Below, piece after piece: positions 53,372-63,666 of a stretch of 64,000 nt of DNA. A program made the translations under genes and the position numbers. The stretch lies in the NCBI GenBank assembly GCA_963749915.1, contig CAVVOP010000021.1, positions 672,001 to 736,000 of the forward strand. The letters run 5' to 3'. This stretch comes from an uncultured cyanobacterium. Its GTDB lineage: Bacteria; Cyanobacteriota; Cyanobacteriia; Cyanobacteriales; Cyanobacteriaceae. The notes beneath the pieces were generated by a model. It was not told the DNA's origin. It worked only from the letters and a program-made list of their open reading frames with translations, and searched no databases. Each line of letters begins with the position of its first letter. Positions within the stretch are counted from its first letter, which is position 1.

Positions 53372-53493
53372 AAGTAGTCGAACATGAATAAACGGCTCTG
53401 GGTTAAGAACTGTTACTAAAGCTGAAACTCTTTTCGGTTCTCTGTTCCCCGTTCCCTGATCTCACAGTTAACTTGAATTGTGTCCAACTACTT
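53372..53493. mobile_element. MITE-like element
   Basis: aagtagtcgaaca / tgtccaactactt inverted ends with internal short tandem repeats. Confidence 0.5.
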
Positions 53494-53547
53494 GCTTTTA
53501 TAGGTTTTTGACCCTTTCCTAGCCCAGATTAATGGAGAAAAGTAAAC

Positions 53548-54861
53548 ATGGTTAGAAAAATAGATGTCAATGATACCCCATTCTTAAAGCCAGGAATTCC
53601 CTGGATTGTTGTCTTATCAATAGTGGGACTCCTGAGTATCGGGGCTAATATTGTCTATGGCCTTAGATCCACTCAGCCCCCCTCAACCTTATCAATTACC
53701 GCCTCGGAAAAGATTCCTGAAATTAAATCGGTTACGGCTCTAGGACGGCTGGAACCCCAAGGAAAAACGATCCAATTAGCACCTCCGCCAAACTTGGGGG
53801 GTGCTAAGGTCGTTGAATTGCTAGTGAAAGAGGGAGATCTCGTTAAGGCCAACCAGGTAGTGGCTATCCTCGAAAATCGAGATTTGCTCCAAGCTGCTGT
53901 GGAACAAACACAACAGGATGTTAAAGTAGCTCAAGCGAATCTGGCCATTGTCAAAGCTGGAGCTAAATCAGGGGAAATTCAGTCCCAAAATGCCACCATT
54001 AAAAGATTAGAAGCTCAGTTACAAGGAGAAAGTATCAGCTATCAAGCTAAAATCCTTCGTCTTCAAGAGAAATTACAAGGGGAAAAGGGGACTCAACAAG
54101 CAACCATTGATCGTTTGCAAGCAGAACTTCGTAATGCACAAAGTGAGTATCAACGTTATCAGCAACTTGCTGAAAATGGGGCTATCTCGGCCTCGGATTT
54201 GGATCGTCGTTCTCTGATCCTAGAAACAGCGCAAGAGAAACTAAAAGAAGCACAAGCTACTTTTAATCAAACCATTGCGACTCTAGAGCAAGATATCCGA
54301 GAGGCAAAAGCTAATGCCCAACAAGCCAAAGATACCGTATCTCAACAAATTCAAGAAGAAACAGCGGAACTCCATCGCATTACTGAGGTGCGGGATGTGG
54401 ATGTCTACAAAGCTCAAGCCGAAGTTGAAAGGGCGAAAGCTTCCCGACAAAAAGCTCGAGAAGAATTGGAATTAACCTATGTTAAAGCTCCCATAACCAG
54501 TCGCGTCCTCAAAATCTATACTTACCCTGGAGAGAGAGTGCCATCAGAGCAGAGTATTTTAGAGTTAGGCAATACAGACCAGATGATGGTAATTGCTGAA
54601 GTTTATGAAACTGATGTTGCTCAAGTAAAACCAGGACAAACTGTTAAGATTAAAAGCGAAAATGGAGCTTTTCCTGGTGAATTAGAAGGAACTGTAAGTG
54701 AGGTGGGTTGGCTCATTAACCAACAAGGAATTTTTGAAATCGATCCATCTTCAGATGTAGATAATAGAGTAGTTGAAGTTAAGATCAAATTAAATGAAGA
54801 AGAACGGGACAAATTCACCCGATTAACCTATTCACAGGTCATCGTCAAAATTTTTCTTTAA
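53548..54861 (+). CDS. devB: DevB family ABC exporter membrane fusion protein
   Basis: VTALGRLEPQG, VIAEVYETD, DVDNRVVEVKI. Confidence 0.92.
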   Translation: MVRKIDVNDTPFLKPGIPWIVVLSIVGLLSIGANIVYGLRSTQPPSTLSITASEKIPEIKSVTALGRLEPQGKTIQLAPPPNLGGAKVVELLVKEGDLVKANQVVAILENRDLLQAAVEQTQQDVKVAQANLAIVKAGAKSGEIQSQNATIKRLEAQLQGESISYQAKILRLQEKLQGEKGTQQATIDRLQAELRNAQSEYQRYQQLAENGAISASDLDRRSLILETAQEKLKEAQATFNQTIATLEQDIREAKANAQQAKDTVSQQIQEETAELHRITEVRDVDVYKAQAEVERAKASRQKAREELELTYVKAPITSRVLKIYTYPGERVPSEQSILELGNTDQMMVIAEVYETDVAQVKPGQTVKIKSENGAFPGELEGTVSEVGWLINQQGIFEIDPSSDVDNRVVEVKIKLNEEERDKFTRLTYSQVIVKIFL

Positions 54862-54872
54862 TTAACTCAAGG

Positions 54873-56039
54873 TTGAAATCTCTACTTATGATAAAAACTT
54901 CTTTAGCTTGGTTACAATTAAACCACCAAAAAACTCGCCTCTTAATCGCATTAGCAGGAGTCGGTTTTGCTGATATGCTGATGTTTATTCAGCTTGGGTT
55001 TCAAGCTGCACTTTTTGAAAGTAATGTCAGATTTCACAAAAGTTTTCGAGGAGATCTTTTTTTAATTAGTCCTGACTCTCGTTCTACTATATCGATGGAA
55101 GCTTTTTCTCGCACGCGGATCTATCAATCCCTAGCTATTGAGGGGGTTCAATCAACTACTACGGTCTATATGGATTTTGCTTCTTGGAAAAATCCCGTTA
55201 ATCGCAGTACCCGTACTTTACTTATTGTTGGCTTAAATCCTGATAGTAATCCTCTGAATTTACCAGGTTTATCAAAAACAATTGCTTCGATTAAACACAG
55301 AGATGTTTATTTATTTGATGCCCTATCTAGGGAAGAATTTGGACCTGTTCCCTCCTTACTTGAGGAGAAAAAGAGTGTTACAGCAGAAATAAACGATCAT
55401 CGCGTTAAAATTGGAGGATTATTTGCTTTAGGAGCTTCTTTTGCCGCTGATGGAAATCTCATCACTAGTGATATTAATTTTCATCGTCTTTTGCCTGACA
55501 GAGATCGAAGTTTGATTGATGTTGGGGTTATTCACTTAAATGAGAATGCTGATTTACAGTTAGTTCAAAAAGCTTTAACAGAGAAACTCCCACCAGATGT
55601 TAGAATTTTATCTAAGGAAGAGTTTATTGAGTGGGAGAAACACTATTGGAAAACTAGTACTGCGATTGGATTTATCTTTTCCATGGGAACCGGAATTGGT
55701 TTTATGGTTGGAGTTTTAATTGTTTATCAAATTCTCTATACTGATATCTCAGATCGCCTACCCGAATATGCAACTTTAAAAGCAATTGGTTATAAAAATC
55801 GTTACTTTATTTTGGTTGTTTTTCAAGAAGCAATTATCTTAGCAATATTAGGTTATATTCCAGGTATTTCAATAACAATGATACTGTACTCATTGGCAGC
55901 AGGTGCTACAAATTTACCGATTATTATGACTATAACTAGGGCTATTACTGTTTTAACCTTAACTATTATAATGTGTTCTGTGTCTGGACTAATTGCAATT
56001 CGTAGACTTAATGCTGCCGATCCATCTGACCTTTATTAA
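54873..56039 (+). CDS. devC: DevC family ABC exporter permease
   Basis: LAWLQL..LMFIQLGF, LGASFAADG, YQILYTDI..EYATLKAIGY; start may be ATG 54888. Confidence 0.93.
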   Translation: MKSLLMIKTSLAWLQLNHQKTRLLIALAGVGFADMLMFIQLGFQAALFESNVRFHKSFRGDLFLISPDSRSTISMEAFSRTRIYQSLAIEGVQSTTTVYMDFASWKNPVNRSTRTLLIVGLNPDSNPLNLPGLSKTIASIKHRDVYLFDALSREEFGPVPSLLEEKKSVTAEINDHRVKIGGLFALGASFAADGNLITSDINFHRLLPDRDRSLIDVGVIHLNENADLQLVQKALTEKLPPDVRILSKEEFIEWEKHYWKTSTAIGFIFSMGTGIGFMVGVLIVYQILYTDISDRLPEYATLKAIGYKNRYFILVVFQEAIILAILGYIPGISITMILYSLAAGATNLPIIMTITRAITVLTLTIIMCSVSGLIAIRRLNAADPSDLY

Positions 56040-56096
56040 GCAGTAATTTAACAGAACAAAAAGCCTTAATTAGACCAGTCATAAAATGTTTTAATC

Positions 56097-56681
56097 ATGA
56101 AAAAATTAGTCCTAGCTACGAGTAATGCTGGTAAACTCAAGGAAATCCAAGAACATTTACAAGTATTTGACCTTGAATTAGTTTTAAAACCTCCAGAATT
56201 GGAGGTAGAAGAAACGGGGATAACTTTTATAGAAAATGCTATCCTCAAGGCCTCACAAGTGGCCAAAGTATTAAAAGAATGGTCGATCGCCGATGATTCT
56301 GGTTTAATGGTTACAGCATTAAATGGTCGACCCGGCATTTTTTCGGCTAGATATGGTAAAACAGATCTCCATCGCATTCATCGCTTATTGCAAGAATTAA
56401 ATGGTCAAACTAATCGTAAAGCCCAATTTGTCTGTGCAGTGGCGATCGCAAATCCTCAAGGAGAAATAGTGATTAAAACCGAGGGTATTTGTGAGGGAGA
56501 AATATTGACAGAAATGAAAGGAGAAAGAGGTTTTGGTTATGATCCGATTTTTTTTGTGCCTGAATTTAAGCAAACCTTTGCACAGATGCCACCAGAATTG
56601 AAACGGAAAATAAGTCATCGAGGAAAAGCCTTTGCGTCCCTAACACCCTTACTAAAATCCCCAGAGTTCGGAGCTGGTTAG
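56097..56681 (+). CDS. rdgB: Non-canonical purine NTP pyrophosphatase
   Basis: ATSNAGK, ADDSGL, GFGYDPIF, SHRGKA. Confidence 0.95.
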   Translation: MKKLVLATSNAGKLKEIQEHLQVFDLELVLKPPELEVEETGITFIENAILKASQVAKVLKEWSIADDSGLMVTALNGRPGIFSARYGKTDLHRIHRLLQELNGQTNRKAQFVCAVAIANPQGEIVIKTEGICEGEILTEMKGERGFGYDPIFFVPEFKQTFAQMPPELKRKISHRGKAFASLTPLLKSPEFGAG

Positions 56682-56750
56682 TGTATGATTTCATGCAAAG
56701 TTTGACCCTTGTGCTAATCCGATCCGAGTCTGAATGCTCAATATTGAGTT

Positions 56751-56935
56751 TTAATAGGAAACTAAACGCATACTCAAATCTAACCAAGTAGAGCGGGTAA
56801 TCGGTGCGCTACTGGATATATAGTCTATTCCTGTCTTCGCCACTTCCCGAATATTGTCTAAGGTAATATTGCCCGATGCCTCGATTTTGATTTGACTGTT
56901 TTTACTGCAGATGAGTTTCACGGCTTCAGGAGTGT
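56751..56935 (-). pseudogene. nadC: Quinolinate phosphoribosyltransferase 3' remnant
   Basis: IEASGNITLDNIREVAKTGIDYISSSAPITRSTWLDLSM; 5' part absent, replaced by REP-like palindrome. Confidence 0.8.
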
Positions 56936-57079
56936 AGGTTGGGTTGCTCGATGGCAAAACCCAACAAAAACAACGGTTAAAATATTATGGCGAATGACCC
57001 GAAAGCCTTTCCCACAGATTTTTGTTTCACGACCTTTTAAAGTAAAAAATAAATAAGGATTTTATCTAATAAATGTATT

Positions 57080-57661
57080 TTACCAAATTGGACTTAAATC
57101 TAAAGTAAATTCAGGTAAAATATCTTCTCCCGATATAGTTTGTGGATAATCTAAAACCTCTTTTTTTTGCCCTTGACGATATATTTCTACTTGTTTTTTT
57201 TCAGGGTTAATTAACCATCCTAATTTCACTCCATTATCCATATATTCTTCCATTTTATCTTGAGTATTTTTTAATGAGTCAGTTTTTGACATTAACTCTA
57301 AAACAAAATCAGGGGCAATAGGTGAAAATTTCGTTTTTTCTTCCTCTGTTAATTCATCCCATCTTTCATTTTTTATATAAGCCACATCAGGAGACCGATT
57401 ACTGCCTTTTGGTAGTTTAAAACAAGTAGAAGAATCAAAAATTTTGCCTAATTTTTTCCTACGATTCCAAACAACAAAATCGGCATTTAACTCCGCATTA
57501 TAATTTCCAGTTTCTCCCCCCGTTGGTGACACAATAATAATCTCTCCTTTTTGATTTCGTTCTAAGTTTAGTTCGGGATTATGACGGCAGAGTTGATAAA
57601 ATTTTTCGTCATCAATTTTAGAAATTACATTCAAGTTAATAGTATAAGCATTCATTATCAT
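57080..57661 (-). CDS. Uma2 family endonuclease
   Basis: PTGGETG, FDSSTCFKLP..RSPDVAY, APDFVLEL, LGWLINP. Confidence 0.92.
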   Translation of the reverse strand: MIMNAYTINLNVISKIDDEKFYQLCRHNPELNLERNQKGEIIIVSPTGGETGNYNAELNADFVVWNRRKKLGKIFDSSTCFKLPKGSNRSPDVAYIKNERWDELTEEEKTKFSPIAPDFVLELMSKTDSLKNTQDKMEEYMDNGVKLGWLINPEKKQVEIYRQGQKKEVLDYPQTISGEDILPEFTLDLSPIW

Positions 57662-57707
57662 AATTCTCCCTTTGATCACCACTGTTCTCATGGTAACACA
57701 AACACCA

Positions 57708-57760
57708 AAAAACACCCCCTATTACTAAAAAACACCCCCTATTACTAGAGAGTGTTTTTT
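57708..57760 (-). terminator. Intrinsic terminator with a duplicated arm, downstream of the psbA remnant
   Basis: aaaaacaccccctattacta twice, then gagagtgtttttt complementary arm. Confidence 0.55.
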
Positions 57761-57799
57761 ATTATTATTTAGTTGTCATTATCACAACCAAGCTAATTT

Positions 57800-57859
57800 T
57801 TAGCCATTGATTACAGGAGCAGATACAGGTTCTGCACTTGCTAAATCTAAGGGGAAGTT
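57800..57859 (-). pseudogene. psbA: psbA (D1) 3'-terminal remnant
   Basis: Minus strand translates NFPLDLASAEPVSAPVING*, the D1 C-terminus with processing extension. Confidence 0.85.
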
Positions 57860-57936
57860 GTAGAAGTTGCTACCAATTTGCATCAATTAGCCGTAGAACA
57901 ATGTGAAAGACTAAACCTTGGTAAAATTTGTTGATT

Positions 57937-58122
57937 TCATTGGTTGGGATTATTGGGAAGTTCTCGACGAGGGAAATTTTGACATCCTTCCTGCCACCAG
58001 TCGTGCATCATGCCCCATCTACCCCACATCATGCCAGACATACCTAACAAGCCGATTAAAATAGTGAGAATCACACCAGATATAAAACCAATTGCTCCGT
58101 AAATTACAAGTTTATTGTTCAT
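57937..58122 (-). CDS. Small membrane protein, Met/Gly-rich
   Basis: MNNKLVIYG.. one TM then GMSGMMWGRWGMMH; RBS ggag. Confidence 0.6.
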   Translation of the reverse strand: MNNKLVIYGAIGFISGVILTILIGLLGMSGMMWGRWGMMHDWWQEGCQNFPRRELPNNPNQ

Positions 58123-58245
58123 AATTTTGTCTCCCTGAGTTAATTTACATTTTCTCCTTAGACTCGATGCGAATAATCCCTTGCAAACCAAACCAGTTAT
58201 AGCGTCGAATGCCCCATTTGCCTTTGACATAAAATTTGCTGCTTT

Positions 58246-59064
58246 TTAGGTCTTTTCGTCCTCAGTTAATCTTCTAGACTTCTTACCTAAGCGAGGCAAA
58301 AATGCTGGAGTCTGGGCAGCATAGCGATCGTATTGAGCAAAGACTTTTTCTAGACATTTATTCGCATCTTGGCGGAAGAAATTTAGCTTGACTGGTAAAC
58401 CAGCTTTGACAATAATTCTGGAGGGTTCATAGCCTTTTTTAACTTCAATATCCATTTCTTGAACTCCCTGATGTAAGATGGCATTTAGACTCATTTCATC
58501 TGTTTTTTCTGAAGGTTTATGAACATGATGATGATTAGTAGCAGGTATTTCTTGCTGATTAGAACCTTGTACTTTGACAACTCCTCTAAACATATTCATA
58601 CCACAGTGAAAAGTATATTCTCCTGCTTCTGTTGGCGTAAATTCGACAGAAGTTGTTTGATTGAGTTTTAATTCTACAGCTTTATGAAAATCTGGTAATA
58701 AAACTTTTTCCAGGCAACTACTGGGATCTTTTCTGAAGAAATTGAGTCTCACTAGTTGACCTGCCTGTACAACAATTCTATCGGGGTTATAGCCACCATC
58801 AACAGTTATTTCTAGTTCTTGAATTCCTTGATGTGATGTGGCTTGTTGAGATTTAGTTTTACTGAATAAAAACCACCAAACTTCAGCCCCAATTAATCCT
58901 AAGCCTCCTAATGTTACGAATAGTTTTAAAGGTAAAGGTTGCTCAATGCGAGAAAATTCATTGGTTGATTCTGTTGATTCTATTTTGGCATTAGAAGCTT
59001 GTGCCATACCAAATATTAAACCAAGACTTAATAGTAAAGTAAGAAATGCTTTTTGCTTGTTCAT
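58246..59064 (-). CDS. Cupredoxin-domain protein, second domain truncated/fused
   Basis: ITVDGGYNPDRIVV..SSCLEKV..FHCGMNMFRG; second copy breaks after CLEKV. Confidence 0.8.
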   Translation of the reverse strand: MNKQKAFLTLLLSLGLIFGMAQASNAKIESTESTNEFSRIEQPLPLKLFVTLGGLGLIGAEVWWFLFSKTKSQQATSHQGIQELEITVDGGYNPDRIVVQAGQLVRLNFFRKDPSSCLEKVLLPDFHKAVELKLNQTTSVEFTPTEAGEYTFHCGMNMFRGVVKVQGSNQQEIPATNHHHVHKPSEKTDEMSLNAILHQGVQEMDIEVKKGYEPSRIIVKAGLPVKLNFFRQDANKCLEKVFAQYDRYAAQTPAFLPRLGKKSRRLTEDEKT

Positions 59065-59089
59065 TTTTTTTGCTCCTGAGCAATCATAA

Positions 59090-59317
59090 TTAATAAAAAT
59101 TTCTTAATTTTTCGACAATAAATAAACAAGTAATTACCCCCACAACAGAACCCATAGCTAAACCGCAATTTAAAGCCCAACGAAACTTTTCCCAAGTATG
59201 ACCAGGGAATAACATAATTCCCCTGACAACCCAGTAAATAAATTCTAGTAATAAACTAAAAATTAAAGGAACAATTAAAGCGAATTGATATTGTTTGATA
59301 ATGTTTGTTTCTGACAT
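59090..59317 (-). CDS. Small membrane hypothetical protein
   Basis: Two hydrophobic segments, RBS gagg, in copper operon. Confidence 0.55.
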   Translation of the reverse strand: MSETNIIKQYQFALIVPLIFSLLLEFIYWVVRGIMLFPGHTWEKFRWALNCGLAMGSVVGVITCLFIVEKLRNFY

Positions 59318-59342
59318 TTTTTTGCCTTCCTCTTAATAATAA

Positions 59343-61616
59343 TTACAGGCTCAATTTAGGCTTAAATTTGCGTAATCTTAAGGCATTTGCCACTACTGAA
59401 ACTGAACTAAATGCCATAGCAGCACCCGCAATAATGGGATTGAGTAACCAGCCAAAGAAGGGATATAAAATTCCGGCGGCAATGGGAATACCAAGGCTAT
59501 TGTAAATATAGGCAAAAAAGAGATTTTCTTTAATATTTCTCATGGTGGCATGACTAAGTTGAATCGCGGTGACAATTCCCCGTAAATCGCCAGAAATTAA
59601 AGTTAAATCACTTGCTGCCATGGCCACATCCGTGCCTGTACCGATCGCTATTCCTACATCTGCCTGTGCTAAGGCGGGGGCATCATTAATACCATCACCT
59701 ACCATAGCCACAATTTTCTGTTTTTGTTTACGGCTTGGTCTTTCTTGTTGAATTTCTTGAATAATATTGGCTTTTTGGTCTGGACGTACTTGGGCGAAAA
59801 CTCTTTGAATACCGACTTCAGAAGCGATCGCTTCGGCGGTTTTTTGATTATCTCCTGTTAACATAACTACCTCTAACCCCATTTTTTGCAAGGATTTAAC
59901 CGCTTCAACGGAAGAAGGTTTGATGGCATCAGCAATACCGATTAAGCCCTCAATTTGTCCATCTACCGCTATTAGAGCAGTGGTTTTGGCTTCACTTTCC
60001 CATTGTTGACGGGTTGATTCTAACTGTTGAGAACCAATTTTTAAAGCATTCATCCAGTGTTGAGTACCAATTTGGACGAATTTACCTGAGACATTTCCTT
60101 GGACTCCCATTCCTGCAACAGCTTCAAAATTGTTTACATCGGGTAAAGGACTTGAAACTCCTTGAGATTTGGCATAGTTTACTACTGCTTCAGCTAAAGG
60201 ATGTTCGGAGTTTTTTTCGATCGCCGCCGCTATTGCTAAGAGTTCAATTTCATGATGATAGGCTACACCTTTAACGGTGATGTAGTTTGTCACACTGGGT
60301 TTACCTTCAGTAATAGTACCCGTTTTATCACAGACAATGGTATTGAGTTTATGGGCTAATTCCAGACTATCTGCCCCCTTAATTAACACTCCGTTTTCTG
60401 CCCCTTTTCCTGTACCAACCATAATTGAGGTCGGAGTTGCTAAACCCAAGGCACAGGGACAAGCAATAATTAAAACACCTACTGTGGTAATCATGGCGAG
60501 AGTTACATTGCCCATAGTATTAAACCAAATTATAAAAGTAAGAATGGCGATCGCGATTACTACAGGTACAAACCATCCCGTTACCTGATCTGCTAATTGT
60601 TGAATCGGGGCTTTACTACCTTGGGCATCTTTGACTAGCTGTACAATTTGAGCCAAGACCGTATCTTTGCCTACTTTGGTGGCTTTAAATTTAAAACTTC
60701 CAGTCTTATTAATGGTTGCCCCAATGACCTCATCACCAGCTCGTTTTTTAATAGGGATTGGTTCACCTGTTACCATAGACTCATCAATGGAAGATTCTCC
60801 TTCTACTACTTCTCCGTCTACAGGAATTTTTTCTCCAGGACGAACTAGAATGATATCTTCGACGACTACCTGTTTAATAGGAATATCTATCTCTTGTCCC
60901 TGACGAATTACCCTGGCGGTTTTTGCCTGTAAACCCATTAATTTACGAATAGCTTCTGAAGTTTGTCCTTTGGCTCGATTTTCCAATAATCTGCCTAAAA
61001 GAACCAGAGTAATCACAACTCCTGCTACTTCGTAATAAACCGCTACTTGAACGCCCTGAGATTCTAAAATGTTAGGAAAGATGGTGGCAAAAAAAGAGTA
61101 AAGATAAGCGACTCCCGTGCCTAAAGCGACTAAAGTGTCCATATTAGCAGAATGCCGCTTAAAAGCTTTCCAGCCGCCGGCAAAAAAGTCTTTCCCAACC
61201 CAAAACATTACGGGAGTTACTAACACAAACTGCACCCAAGAATTGTGTAACCATTGAGGAATCCAAGGTATTTCTAAACCTGTCATCATGGGTAAAACAC
61301 CGATAATTAATAAAACACTGATGATGCCACCTAAGATGACTTTGTGAGTTAATTCTTTTTGTTCAGCAATTCTGGCTTTTTTCTCGGCATCATGATCTTC
61401 TTCTGAGTCTAAAAAAGCCGAATATCCTGCTTCAGTTACTGCTTGTTGAATTTGAGTTAAATTAGTTATTTGAGGATTATAAGAAACGGTTGCTTGAGAG
61501 AGGGCAAAATTAACATTACATTCTTTTACTCCTGAAACTTCTTTAACAGCTTTTTCGATACTAGATGCACAACCAGCACAACTCATTCCTTGGAGTTGAA
61601 GACGAATATTTTCCAT
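59343..61616 (-). CDS. Copper-translocating P1B-type ATPase (PacS/CopA-like)
   Basis: [48 protein letters not shown]. Confidence 0.95.
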   Translation of the reverse strand: MENIRLQLQGMSCAGCASSIEKAVKEVSGVKECNVNFALSQATVSYNPQITNLTQIQQAVTEAGYSAFLDSEEDHDAEKKARIAEQKELTHKVILGGIISVLLIIGVLPMMTGLEIPWIPQWLHNSWVQFVLVTPVMFWVGKDFFAGGWKAFKRHSANMDTLVALGTGVAYLYSFFATIFPNILESQGVQVAVYYEVAGVVITLVLLGRLLENRAKGQTSEAIRKLMGLQAKTARVIRQGQEIDIPIKQVVVEDIILVRPGEKIPVDGEVVEGESSIDESMVTGEPIPIKKRAGDEVIGATINKTGSFKFKATKVGKDTVLAQIVQLVKDAQGSKAPIQQLADQVTGWFVPVVIAIAILTFIIWFNTMGNVTLAMITTVGVLIIACPCALGLATPTSIMVGTGKGAENGVLIKGADSLELAHKLNTIVCDKTGTITEGKPSVTNYITVKGVAYHHEIELLAIAAAIEKNSEHPLAEAVVNYAKSQGVSSPLPDVNNFEAVAGMGVQGNVSGKFVQIGTQHWMNALKIGSQQLESTRQQWESEAKTTALIAVDGQIEGLIGIADAIKPSSVEAVKSLQKMGLEVVMLTGDNQKTAEAIASEVGIQRVFAQVRPDQKANIIQEIQQERPSRKQKQKIVAMVGDGINDAPALAQADVGIAIGTGTDVAMAASDLTLISGDLRGIVTAIQLSHATMRNIKENLFFAYIYNSLGIPIAAGILYPFFGWLLNPIIAGAAMAFSSVSVVANALRLRKFKPKLSL

Positions 61617-61785
61617 AACTTACTTCCTCATTATTTTAGATTCTTTTTTTGTCATTAAAGCGAGCCACTGCCGACAAATTTTGTACAGTTTTCTCGATAG
61701 TTTTGTCACAGAAATCACTCATCATCTTTTTCCCCGGACAACCACACTAAATATTTGATTATTTGCTAATTTGTTTGATTCAAAG

Positions 61786-62370
61786 TTAATTAGGCTGGCG
61801 TTGTCTCCAACCATGCCAAACTGGAAAACCGTTTTCATCCCTTAAAGTTAAGGTTTGATCACTCTTCTGTACCTTAGTAGTTATCATGGCAGATTGCCCA
61901 CTAAAGTTGACTCTTGATCCTGTGACCGTAATCTTATCTGAGGGCTGAATCTGGATATCCTGGTTTTGTAGATACCAGGCTGGTCCTAAATGGACGTCAA
62001 CTGTCTCACTATCTGTTGTCAAGCGCAGGTGCATTCCCTGAGACATGCCGCCCATTGGCGTAAAGGTATCTATGCTAACCACTTCCCCGCTGATAGTTTC
62101 TATACTATTGGGATCATACATTCTGCTATATGGGGAACGGTATCCCCAACCTCCACCTCCACAACATCCCGGGAAGCCTCCGGGACTATATTGAGCAATC
62201 AATTGATCGTTTTGATTTGATCTTTCCCCATAATGAGTAAAGTTAGAAGAGAAATTTTCTTTTCTTTCCTCATCAAGATTTGCTAAGGAAGGTGCTGCTG
62301 TTAGTGCCAACAGTCCGAACCCAAATAGAGCAATAACAATAAGAGTTTTGTAGCGCAAATTGTTAGTCAT
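61786..62370 (-). CDS. Exported OB-fold-like protein of metal-resistance loci
   Basis: Signal peptide; YDPNSIETISGEV..VHLGPAWY..TLRDENGFPVW. Confidence 0.75.
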   Translation of the reverse strand: MTNNLRYKTLIVIALFGFGLLALTAAPSLANLDEERKENFSSNFTHYGERSNQNDQLIAQYSPGGFPGCCGGGGWGYRSPYSRMYDPNSIETISGEVVSIDTFTPMGGMSQGMHLRLTTDSETVDVHLGPAWYLQNQDIQIQPSDKITVTGSRVNFSGQSAMITTKVQKSDQTLTLRDENGFPVWHGWRQRQPN

Positions 62371-62423
62371 TTTTTCTCCCCATTATTGATGGATATCTTT
62401 TACTTCCATGTTGCTACCCAAAT

Positions 62424-62439
62424 ATGAAATCAGGATGAA
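62424..62439 (-). promoter_or_regulatory. Putative CopR-type direct repeat TTCAT-N6-TTCAT
   Basis: Minus strand ttcatcctgatttcat ~55 bp upstream of the copper gene run. Confidence 0.5.
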
Positions 62440-62591
62440 TTTGTCCAAGTTGCTTAACAAATTGTTACTAATATCAAGAATTTAATCCAATCCATTAAGT
62501 TTTGTTAATTGATTATCTACTGATAAACCCAATCCCTAACCTCCTTTATCTCTAGCCGGTTATGATATGAAGTAAAAGCCTAATAAAGTTT

Positions 62592-62743
62592 ATGACTCTA
62601 GCAATTGCTCTTGAACCTGCACCTATAGAAACTGAGCGGAACGTCAACGTCAGGCAAATGTGATTCAGCAGGAGGCTGAACAACGTTTTAATCCCATTGG
62701 AATACGCGATCGCCTGCTTGCTAGGCGAAATCAATTCAGGTAA
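62592..62743 (+). pseudogene. DUF433-type antitoxin with internal deletion
   Basis: MTLAIALEPAPIET joined out of frame to ..RFNPIGIRDRLLARR*. Confidence 0.55.
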
Positions 62744-62749
62744 TCCAAA

Positions 62750-63178
62750 ATGGTTCGATTTCTAGCTGATGAAAATTTTAATCACCAAATTGTGCGAGGC
62801 GTTCTTCGTCAAAAACCAGATATTAATATTGTGCGTGTTCAAGATGTGGACTTATCGGGAGCAGATGACCCAGCGGTTTTAGCATGGGCAGCTCAAGAAG
62901 TACGAATTGTTCTGACTGATGATGTTGCTACCATGATAACTTTTGCATATCAACGCATCCAAGCAGGATTATCTATGCCGGGATTGTTTGAGGTGAGTCG
63001 TCGTGTTCCGGTAGGTTTAGTTATAGAGGAAATTATTTTGATTGATTGGATTTTGACCGATACAGTTCTCAACCCGCTATTATTAAGATATGAGTTGCCG
63101 CGCCTAGGTAAACTTTTTACTAAGGAAGGAAGAGATCTCTTTGTCTCTTCGACGCCCTGCTCGGTAAGCTTCAAATAA
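62750..63178 (+). CDS. DUF5615 PIN-like toxin, C-terminus apparently chimeric
   Basis: RFLADENFN, LSGADDPAVLAWAA, VLTDDVATM. Confidence 0.7.
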   Translation: MVRFLADENFNHQIVRGVLRQKPDINIVRVQDVDLSGADDPAVLAWAAQEVRIVLTDDVATMITFAYQRIQAGLSMPGLFEVSRRVPVGLVIEEIILIDWILTDTVLNPLLLRYELPRLGKLFTKEGRDLFVSSTPCSVSFK

Positions 63179-63205
63179 CCTAACAAAGTGAAGGAGAAGA
63201 TTAAA

Positions 63206-63370
63206 ATGCCACGTCAAGTCGGAGATCGTTATGTCTGCGAAAAGTGCGGAGCCCAGCTTGTTTATGAGAAGCCTTGTCCCTGTCCAGAAACTATGCCCCA
63301 TTCAGAAATATGTTGTGGAGAGCAGATGAAGCTTGTATCGGAACAGACTCCGGTAAAGACTGACAAATAA
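63206..63370 (+). CDS. Small Cys-rich metal-binding protein (desulforedoxin-like)
   Basis: GDRYVCEKCG..CPCP..H..CCGEQM; RBS aggag. Confidence 0.7.
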   Translation: MPRQVGDRYVCEKCGAQLVYEKPCPCPETMPHSEICCGEQMKLVSEQTPVKTDK

Positions 63371-63502
63371 GTTCTATGGCTCCCATAAATGTCCGCATTC
63401 TAAAATCGCTAATACGTTCTGGAATATTCAGTAGTAGGGACGTATTATCAAAAATGGCGGAACTTTCTACGATCGCAATCTTGTAGCTTGGGAGGTACCG
63501 TT

Positions 63503-63666
63503 ATGGCAGACTCCCACCTTCATCAAGACTGTTGTTGCCATGGTGGAAAACAAGCTCAAGTCATACCCCCTACAATTCCAGCTGATAACCATGGCGAATG
63601 TTGTGGTCAGAATCATGGTGATAATGGCAAGGAGTTTGACTTGTGGGGAGAAATGAAACTAATTAT
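63503..63666 (+). pseudogene. His/Cys-rich N-terminus of probable heavy-metal P-type ATPase, interrupted by IS
   Basis: MADSHLHQDCCCHGG..HGECCGQNHG..EFDL; RBS ggagg; cut by IS1634-like end at ~63667. Confidence 0.6.
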
